Part shown: piece by piece, positions 52,786 to 64,000 of the stretch
Layout of the letters: each line of letters opens with the position of its first letter
How positions within the stretch are numbered: the stretch's first letter is position 1
Assembly (NCBI RefSeq): GCF_009914755.1
Contig: NC_060932.1
Direction: 5' to 3' (one strand)
Length of the DNA: 64,000 nucleotides
From: the human T2T-CHM13v2.0 reference genome, Homo sapiens
Notes under the pieces: model-generated
The model's input: only the letters and a program-made list of their open reading frames with translations
What the model was told of the DNA's origin: nothing
Database searches by the model: none
Program-made: the position numbers and the translations under genes

Positions 52786-53796
52786 CATGTTGATGGCATA
52801 TGTGTCTGGGTTATGTTATATACTTGTTGAATATTTATTGTAAAGAGTTATTTCTAAGCTGAGAAATTTAATTTGGTTTTAGGATTGACACTGAAGAGAA
52901 AGATATCTGGGTTCTTTTTTATCTGTTTCTAATTTAGAGCAATTCATAAATGCTAATTTCAGTGGTTAAAAGAGGAAGAGGAAATTCTGTTAAGACAAGA
53001 TTAGAGAATGCACTTTTTAGATCACAAATTGCTTTAAAGGGTATGCCATCTTGTTTAATTTTCATAATGATCCAATTCAGTCAATATTATGCTCTCTGTT
53101 TCACAGGAAGATAAAATGAGGTCACCCAACTAGTAAGGGGCAAAGCCAGGACTCCACTGGGCTCTGACTTCAGGTTTCAGGGTCTTCTCTTTGCTTCTGT
53201 TCCACAGCAAATATCATCTTCCAAAGAGCGTAAACCTAGATACCTCACTGGGGCCATTTCATACATCCAACATTTTCTATGAATAAGTGTATATCATGAA
53301 GTATATCTCAGGCTTCTCAAATTATAAGCATTATCTTACATTTTAGCATAAGATGTAAAGATGAAAGAGTGACAGCTATTTCAGAGCATAAAAAATGCCA
53401 TCATTTTTGTATCCCCACAATCTCTAGAAGAGTGCAACATAATACCCAAGGGAGATAACCAATACTTAGTAAATGTAATTGTATTCTAATACCCAATACA
53501 ATATAAAAAGAAGTGCTATCTAAAGGCCTGAGAAACTTTAAATATTTTCTTGAAATATCAAATGGCCGTCTAAACAATAAAATGATAGGTACATGGGTTT
53601 TCTTAAAAAATTTAGATTCTTTGTATCATTTACTGCTTTTTCAGATTCTTCAAGTATTTGCTTTACTAAAGAAATGTGAAGTAAAAAGGCAGTGAACATA
53701 GGTATTTTAAAAAGCAACTAGTGAACCTGAAAAAAGTCTCCTAGAACATGGGAAAGAAAGACAAAGCAGGAAAACTGTGAGAAAAAGATAAAAAAT

Positions 53797-54463
53797 ACTG
53801 CTGACGAGGTTACGGGGAAAAGGGAATGCTTATACATAGCGAGTGGAATGTAAATTAGTTCAGCCACTGTGGAAAGCAGTTTGGCGATTTCTCAAAGAAC
53901 TTAGAACTACCATTTGACTCAGCAATCCCATTGTTGAGTATATACCCAAAGGAATATGAATCATTCTTCCATAAAGACACTTGCACATGTGTTTCATCAC
54001 AGCACTGTTAATGATAGACAAGACATGGAATCAACGTAAATGCCCATCAGTGGTAGAATGGATAAAGAAAATGTGGTACATACACATCAAAGAATACTAC
54101 ACAGCTATAAAAAAGCATGAGATCACGTCGTTTGCAGCAACATGGATGGAGCTGGAGGCTATTATCCTAAGCAAACTAACATAGAAATGGAAAACCAAAT
54201 ACCACATATTCTCACTTATAAGTGGGAGATAAACATTGAGAACATATGGACACAAAGAAGAGAACAATAGGCATGAGGGCCTACTTGAGGGTGGGGGATG
54301 GGAGGAGGATGAAGATTGAAAAACTACCTATTGGGTACTATGGTTATTACCTGGGAGATGAAATAACCTGTACACCAGAGCCCTGTAACCTGCAATTTAC
54401 CTGTATAACAAACCCTGAACCTAAAATAACTGTTAAAAATAAATAAATTAATAAATAAATAAA
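53797..54463 (+). mobile_element. L1PA15/16-like 3' end
   Basis: ORF2 C-terminal FAATWMELEAIILSKLT, 3'UTR and (aaat)n tail. Confidence 0.93.
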
Positions 54464-54829
54464 AGATCTGGAGGACAGAGCAAGGGATTCAATGTCTATA
54501 TGGTAAGAGTTTTAGGGAATGACAGGATTAGTGAATGAAGAAGAGACATACAGATATCTACTACTTTCTAAAGTAAATAGAATAACTATAAACCAATAGA
54601 TCTAATAGGTTCCCCAGAAAGGAAAGTTAATCAAACAGCAAACAACAAATATAGTTTTGACCATGATACATTAGGAATTCTGCTGGTATATGTAATATTA
54701 TTTAAGGAGTAAAAAAGTGTTCATAATAATGATTAAGACTGTGAATAGAAAAGTGGAAATTTCACCAGTCACATTATTCTAAAAGATGGCATGGATACAT
54801 CTACCTGAGACTCAGTCTTTTCTTGCTTT

Positions 54830-55070
54830 TTTATTTATTCATCTACAACATGTGGTTGCTGGGCAGTCAGTGCTAGATGCTGTTTTTACACAGCAGAATA
54901 TGGCATGTTCCTTGTCCTCAGGGAGTACATAGTCAGATGAGAGACAATTTCAATAGATGTGGTCCTAAGAAATGTCAAGAAAGGTTTCTTAGTGGAAGAG
55001 ACTTTTGAGCCACTCAGGAAGGAAGGGACATTGTGGGCAGAAAAACCAGTGCATGCCAAAGCACAGAGGC
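54830..55070 (-). mobile_element. L2 3' end
   Basis: gtgctagatgctg..ccttgtcctcagggag..aagaaaggtttc. Confidence 0.6.
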
Positions 55071-56049
55071 AAAAGAATCCTACTTTAATTCTCAGAGTCC
55101 TGGGCTTTTCTCCACTTCTTCACCCCCGTACTTTCAATTTTGCAGCACTGGGACTTTCAGACCAACTATTTCTTAGGAAAATTGACATCTCCCTTCATTT
55201 TTTCAATGATATTTTCCAAATGAAGAAGTGTACAAATCAAGGCAAAAGATTAAAAAGGATAAAGAAAAGGACAAGTGTCTTAAAGACAAAGCAACTTGCA
55301 CCTCTGAGAGTGAGCTATCCTCAGAAGTAAGATATTTAATATGAAATATTTTGCCTGTCTAATTCATTCAGAAAGCCCCAAGGCAGAAACCTGTTTACTC
55401 TATGGCTTATGCAATGCTGAATTGGCTGTCAACATTCGAGTCGTAAATAATAATAATAATGGCACACAAAAGCCAGGAAATGCAAAAGCAAAGGCTTTCA
55501 TTGTAATGTTAACTCATCCAAATTGTACATGTATAATCTCTCTCAATATCTGGATAAACTTTCCAGGGCTGTTTTGTTATATGAAAAATGTGTAATATAG
55601 TCAAGTTACGATTATAATGAGAATCTTAGATTTTCACAATTTGGTCGTTTTCTAAGCCTTGTGGTTTAAAGCCTTCACATTATATTCATAGGAAGTTTCA
55701 TGTTAAGGAATAGATGCAGACTATCTTTTGTATTTGTAGATAACACTTTTCTCCCTGTATAGAAACAATAGCACATGCACCGTGGAACCTAGTTTTTTTT
55801 CAGTAGAGGTCATAGATTTCCTCAGTGACTATCTCATCAGATCCAGCTTAGGACCAGCAGCTCACTTTCTCATTATCGGGCTACCAGAAAGGAAGCATTG
55901 TGTTGCCTGAGACAGAAAGCTGATGGTTCATGTCCATAAACACATATGTGGGATGGAAGTCCCAGCCTCTAACTTGTTACTGGCCACAGGCTCTATTTCA
56001 TTAGGGTAGAAAACCACCCAGTATATCTTCAAATTCACTTAACTAAATT

Positions 56050-56345
56050 ACTTTTAATTCAATTTAATAAATATTTATTGACCTCCTCGGATATTTCTGT
56101 GTTTAAAACATATGGTAGGCACAGTGCAAACTACACAGATTGAAATACAGTTACTACTCCACAAACCCACAGAATTATAATCTGTAGGAATAGTGGTCAA
56201 TTATACAGGAATTTAGCAAGATAATATACAACTAAAGAAGTATAAAGTACTTTGAGAGTTTGTAGGGAGAAATTACAGGAAAAGATCTGAAGCAAATTCT
56301 TAGAAAAGAAGCCACTAAAGATAATATTTTAAAGATGGACAGGAT
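56050..56345 (-). mobile_element. L2 3' end
   Basis: ttcaatttaataaatatttattgacc. Confidence 0.55.
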
Positions 56346-56854
56346 TTTTTTAATCAAAATTTATTCAGTTAATAACATATTAATCTTAAGTGTAGCCCTA
56401 GTTACACAAAAATATACTTTGAGTTTCTAATATCTCCAATTTCAAGATTACTCTTGTAAAACTCTTACTACATTCACGTTATGGAGAAGTTGTTAAACAG
56501 CAACAATTGAAATATCATCTTGAAACTAGTAAAGGAAGGAAATGGAACATTTATTCATGAAATTCACTTCGAAGGTACATTTATAAAACAGTCTCCTAAG
56601 AAATACAATTCTATCCAGTTTCCACTGAGCAATTGTATAATCACTCAACTACAGCACTGAAACTAAATGAGAGGAAATTCGAAATTACTTTGGAAAAGAA
56701 GAAAAAAAGTTTCTATGCTTCTGGATCAATAGGAGAGACTCGTTAAATAGTTCTAACAAGAACATTTGCCAATATAAAAACAAAATAAGATGTAACCACT
56801 AATAAAATTCACATTTATATAACGTATATCTAAAAACATTCTCCTTAAAATGAT

Positions 56855-58974
56855 AATTTTGGGGGTGACACAATTCGCACCCATATAAGACAGAGAATTT
56901 AAATGATAAATGTTGTGTGTGTCCTGACTGCTCCATCGATCAGCTCTTCCTCCATCTGTCTCCTTCTCCATGGACTTCCTATTCCCTGAGACCCAGCAAT
57001 ATTGAAATTAGGCCAATAGTAAACCTACAATGGCCTCTAAGTGTTCAAGTGAAGGGAAGAGTCACTTTTTCTTCACTTTAAATCAATCACAAACTAGAAA
57101 TGATTAAGCTTAGTAAGAAAGGTATGTCAAAGCCAAGACAGGTTGAAAGCTGGGCCTCTTGAGCCACACAGTCAGCCAAGTTGGTAATGCAAAGAAAAAG
57201 TTCTAGAAGGAAATTAAAAGTGGTACTCCAGACAACACACAAATAATAAGAAAAAGAAACAACTTTATTGTTGATATGTAGAAAGTTTTAGTGGTCTGGA
57301 CAGAAGATCAAACCAGCCACAACATTTCCTTATGCTAAAGCCTAATCCAGAGCGAGGTCCTAACTCTACAATTCTATGAAGGCTGAGAGAGGTAAGGAAA
57401 CTGTTAAAGCTAGCAGAAATCTGTTCATGCTGTTAAAAGAAAGAAGCCATCCTCGTATCATCAAAGTGCAAGGTGAAGCAACAAGGGCTGATACAGAAGC
57501 TGCAAGTTTTCCAGAAGATCTAGCTAAAATCATTGGTGAAGGTGGCTACACTAAACAACACATTTGCATTGTAGATGAAATGGCCTTCTGTTGGAAGAAA
57601 ATGCTATCTAGGAGTTTGATAGTTAGAGAGGAGAAGTCAAGGCCTGATTTCAAAGCCTCAAAGAACAGGCTGACACTTGTTAGGGGTTAATATAGCTGGT
57701 GACTTTTTAAGTTGAAGCCAAAGTTCACTTCCCATTCCAAAAACTCTGGGGCTTTAAGCATGATGCTAAATCCTCTCTGCCTATGCTCAATAAATGGAAC
57801 AACAAAACCTGGATGACAACATATCTGTTTACAGCATGGTTTACTGACAATTTTAAGTACACTGTTGAGGCTCACTGCTCAGAAAAAGATTCCTTTCAAA
57901 ATATTACTGCTCACTGACAATGCACTTGGTCTCTGATGGAGATGTGCAGGGAGATGAATGTTGTTTTCATGCCTGCAAACACAACATCATTCAATTTTCA
58001 GCCCATGGATTAAGGAGTAATTTTGACTTCCAAGTTTTATTATATAAAAAAATACATTTTATATGGCTACAGCCCCCATAGATAGTGATTCCTCTGATGG
58101 ATCTCTGCAAAGTAAATTGAAAACCTTCTGGAAAAGATTCACCATTCTTGATGCCATTAGGAATATTCATGATTCACCGGAGGAGGTCAAAATATCAACA
58201 TTAACAGGAATTTGAAATAAGTTGAGGGGTTCAAGACATCAGTGGAGGAAGTGACTGCAAATGTGGTGGACATAGCAAGAGAACAAGAATTAGAATTGGA
58301 GGCTAAAGATGTGACTGAATTGCTGCAATGACACGATTTGTCTTTAATAGATGAGGAGTTGCTTCTTATGGATGAGCAAATAGTTTCTTGAGGTGATGGA
58401 TGTGCTGTGAACATTGTTGAAATGACAACAAAGAATTTAGAATATTGCATAAACTTAGTTGATAATGCAGCATCAGGGTTTGAAAAGATTAATTCCAATT
58501 TTGAAAGTCGTTCTACTGTTGGATAAAATGCTATCAACAGCATTGCATGCTACAGAGATGCACATTGAAACTGTGAAATTTCATTGCACATTGAGATTCA
58601 TGCCACATTGAAAGTAGAGTCAATATGGCGAACTTCATTGTTGTCTTATTTTAAGAAATTGCTGTAGCTACTCCAACCTTCATAGCCACCACCCTGATCA
58701 GTCAGTAGCCATCAACAATGAGGGCAAGACCCTCCACCAGCAAAAACTCATTGAAGGCTCAGATGATCATTAGCATTTTTTCATAATAAAGTATTTTAAA
58801 TTAAGGCTTGTACATTTTTTATTAGACATAATGCTATTGCACACTTCATAGTATAGTGTAAACATAACTCTTTTGTACACTGGAAAAACAAGAAGTTTGT
58901 GACTCACTTTAATGTATTTTTACTTTATCGTGGTGATCTGCAACTTAACCTGCAATGTCTCCAAGGTATCCCTG
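56855..58974 (+). mobile_element. Tigger1, 5'-truncated, dead transposase
   Basis: Transposase start atggcctctaagtgttcaagtg at 57030; [28 protein letters not shown]; 3' TIR aaggtatccctg followed by TA. Confidence 0.97.
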
Positions 58975-59559
58975 TAAAATTAAATGGACACAATTAACCT
59001 ATGACATTCACATTTAAATACTCTAATTATAAAACATTATACTGAGAATTATAGTTATACCAAGCTTCAGTTGGATCCATTGTATAATCACTTAACAGCA
59101 ATATAACTAATAGAGGAAACATCAAAATTATTTTCATCTTGTGGGTGAAAAGCCTCTTGCTGTGGTTCTAGACCTTCAGAAGGATGCTTGTTAAAGGAGA
59201 ATGAACTTGGAAGGTGGCTTACTTTTTTCAAGTGGGAAGGTTGAAACTAAAGAAGGTTGCAAGTGTCTGCCAGCGCATGGAGCCCCGGGAAGTGCTTTGG
59301 AGTGCCCTTGCAGAGGATGAAGGTGGTCCGATGAAGGAATCCTGCCTGAGAGTCCTTACCCCATCAGGGTGGCATCTGGTTCACGTGGGATGCTGGACCT
59401 GACTTCCTGTGCCATCACAACCAGATGCTCCTTTTTCCTTGAGGACCTGGCCACCCAGAGGATTCCCTGGTGGTTCTCACAAGCCCTACCAAATACCTCA
59501 TTTCCAACATCAGAGACATAAGTATGCCTTTTGGAATGTTTAAATTCTTCCATGATAAA

Positions 59560-60800
<1,241 letters not shown>

Positions 60801-62414
60801 AGATTTCTTTTCTCAAAGGCCTGCTCTAAAAATCTCTATTTTAAACCCAAGTAGAGACCTGGAGACTTACAGTCTTTTATTAATGATCTCAGTTTTGTTT
60901 TGTCTTTGGTTTTGTTTTGTTTTCTTTTCTTTCTGATAATTTGTTGTAGAGTCTGGCTTCCATTAAAGTTGACTAAAGGCCTCAAATTTCTTTTTCAAAG
61001 AGGTTAAGCCTCTCAAGAATTTGATGTCTTCTCCTTGAAAGGCAGAAATTCCAGCATCCAGTTCTTCATCCTGCTTGCTTAAAGTAAACTTCCAATGATT
61101 AAACATCCTACCATGACTATCAGTGCCACCACTCCCATAGCAATCCATGGGCTCTGGGTCTGGTCTCAGGGCTCTGGCAGCACTACTGCCTCCTGGCATT
61201 GATCTCCAGGGCCAGCACAGTGCAAAGGATCATGACCACCTGTAGCTTCTCCATGGCCCTGACCCTGCTTTTCAGGAACTCAGTGGCCACAACAGATTGT
61301 AGAGGGCACTGGGGAGCATGCTACCCATGGCCAAACCAGTATAGGGCAACCAGCACAGGCCTCAGTGGGGCTGGGGAGGGAGGACAGTTTCTCCCAACAT
61401 TCTCCACATCACGAAATACCTAGGTAATGATAATATCGCATGACACTGGGAAATATGAACTGAGGCTACTGGAGGATATGGATGATGGCTGGGGGCTCCA
61501 GCTACCCCAGGCCCTCAGGCAACTAAGAGCAGCAATGTCACACTATAACCCATTTGGGTTACTGGTTGGACAACACTGTGGTGGAGGATTTCCAGGCCCC
61601 TGATCCTGGTCAGTGCTCTTCATTTTCTTGAGTAAATATTTCATTCTGCAGTCCTGGAGATGTCATCCTACCTATGGAGGTCACAGAAAACTGTGCTCTC
61701 GGTTCTTCCTTGTTCTGTGTCTGGCCTGCCTTGAATAGCAAGGGGAGTGGGACAGGAGGGCTAATGGAAGGTTTGGCTTATTTCACTCATTTTACATTTA
61801 AAAACGAAAGAGGAAGTAAGTGAGATTTTCATAATCCATACATTTCAAGAGTGTGCAATTCAACTATGAGCAAGGAAAGCGTGATTTTCAGACTCTTTTT
61901 GAATATGGTGAAATGTTTGATGACATAGAAGTCTTCAGAAAACTGATGATCAGAATGATCATCTTTGATGCAGTGGCAGGAGTGCTGGGCCACCTGAGCT
62001 CCTCCCTACCATGGAGGCTGTCCCTGGGCACATTATACTAACCAACATTTATGGGACATTTCTGCACTCCAGGTGGGAACCAATTGCTTTACCGGGGTTA
62101 GCTCATAACAACATTATGAGATAGGTGCTTATATTTTTAGTTCTTGTAGGTGGATTGACAAAGGCTTTTAGAGGTTATATAACCTGTCTAAGGTTTGCAC
62201 AACTAGTAGACACTTGATTATAACCCATTTTTTTAAATAATACAAGACATGGAAGACTGAAAGTGAGGAAGTATTCCAAGTAACAAGTAGGGTGCTTTGG
62301 TTGAATATGGAATATATGTTGGATGTCATCAGAGAATAGTGGGAAGGTAATTTGGAATCATTATTTGTGGTAGATCTTGGGTAGCAGTGTTCTTTAAAAA
62401 TCTACTTAATTCTT

Positions 62415-62637
62415 CAGGCTGGAGTTTTACACACTGCTTCGCTAAGCTCTGATGTTTCTGAATGTGTGCCATGCTGGGTGTTGGGGTAGAGTATTAGACA
62501 GTCATTTGGTCTATAGGCTCACCACTCCCACCCTACTTAAAGCAAAGCATTTCTACTTTCATCTTTATTATAATTTAGTATAACACTCATTTCCAAGAAA
62601 GGGTTCCATTGCTTAAGTATAAAAGTTTGACTGCTGT
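62415..62637. mobile_element. MER112-like hAT MITE within L2 remnants
   Basis: ctactttcatcttt..aagaaagggttccattgct..aaaagtttga. Confidence 0.55.
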
Positions 62638-63619
62638 CTGGAACAATGAAAAGTCACTGGAGCTATTTGAGAGGGGAGATACATGATGCCAGATACGCTG
62701 CAGTAAGGTGCAGATATTTATGTGAGATAGATTGGTGTGGAAACAGGAAAGGTAGGACGATCAAAAAGGATGGTATTTACACTGAAAAAATAATAGCTTT
62801 CATATTTCTGTATTTTTATTGTTAATTTTATAAACAAAGACCTTAAACATTTTAAAGTATTACTTCCAAAAACCAACTGCAGTTTGTCTGTTTGTTAGTG
62901 TAACATCATTGCCTCCTTCTGAGCCTCTTTCCATAAATAAATGGTCCTCCTCCTTCTTGCTTCAAAGGGAGCCCTGCCTTAAATGAAATTCTCTTTGAAA
63001 GCAGATGTCAGGCCATTTTAGCTTTTCAATATGCTCCAGTTTTCTGCTTTAGATTAAAGTAAAACAGGGAATTCATTCTCACTGCAGGAATTATGTGATT
63101 CACCTGGGCTTTCAAAGCTGTAAGATCCCAGGAGATCAGAATGAGGCTTACCGGCCTGTCTTTGTCCAGCGGATACCCTGTGTCAGCTCAGCTCCTGGCT
63201 CTTTTACTCTGCAGCGCCCTCCCAGGTGAGGTCCGCACTGGTACTCTATGCAGGGCCAGCCCAGGGATTACGTAAAGGTAAAGTGTCAGCGTCTGAAGAA
63301 GGAAGAGTTTCCTACATTTTGTGCAAGGGGTGAATTTGAGTTCAAGCCAGCATGCATTTCTGTGCTTGAGAATAAAGTGCCATAAACACATCCAGAGATA
63401 ACATCCACAAACACCTGTCACTTCTCCCCCAATAGTTCCAGCAGTTTTCATCATCTCTGGTTCGATTAATGGCCTGCTGGCGAGGGTCAGCATAAAATGC
63501 CACCTCTACCAAATAAAACCCTTTTATGTTACAGAGACTGCTTCTGTAGAATCTGTTATTTCAAAGGAAAGACTTCCCTTTCTGATTTGAAAGATAGAAA
63601 GCATCTCTTTCATTATAAC

Positions 63620-64000
63620 ATTAACACACATAACAAATCTTTATTAAGTACTTGTTACATTTCAGACAGTAGTCTAGATACTAGGGATGTAGCAGTAAGC
63701 AAAACAAAAATCCCTACCCACCCAGTACTGCTTTCCAGTGAAGAGAAATAGACAAAGTAAATAAGTAAAATCACAATATGTTAGAAAACGATAACTGCAA
63801 ATGCATGAGACTAGTTTGGAATCATTAGGGATTGTAAGTTTAAGTAAGGTTATCAGGGAAGGCTGTGGAAGCAAACCATGTCGAGATAGGCTAAGGAAAC
63901 AGCAAAGACAAAAGCCCGTGGCAGGAGAATGCCTGCAGTATAATATAGACAGAAAAAAGAGCCAGAGAGACTGCAGTGCTGAGAGCCAAGGAAAAGGGCA
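63620..64000 (-). mobile_element. L2 3' end
   Basis: aacaaatctttattaagtac..ctagatactagggatgtagcagtaagcaaaacaaaaatccct..atcagggaaggc. Confidence 0.85.

Noticed and set aside
57376-57690. Transposase-like ORF as a domesticated TIGD gene
   Set aside because: Fragment of a Tigger1 copy with many stops and frameshifts

Overview
Primate (probably human) AT-rich genomic DNA with no intact protein-coding gene that I can support. Much of the window is decayed repeats: Alu, L1, L2, MIR, MaLR/ERV1 LTRs, Tigger1, MER44A and hAT MERs. It contains a full-length HAUS1 processed pseudogene on the minus strand (17.5-18.7 kb) with target-site duplications. The most interesting signal is a chain of minus-strand segments from about 8.8 to 28 kb, possibly extending to 42 kb. 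They are bounded by canonical AG/GT sites and splice mostly in phase into a protein-like sequence with a few stops and 1-nt frameshifts. This looks like a decayed multi-exon (possibly unitary) pseudogene with death-domain-like repeats and, more speculatively, a kinase-like N-terminal part. There are also several templated inverted/direct duplications and candidate enhancers. Repeat subfamily names come from my recall of consensus sequences, not from a search, and repeat boundaries are approximate unless TSDs are given.
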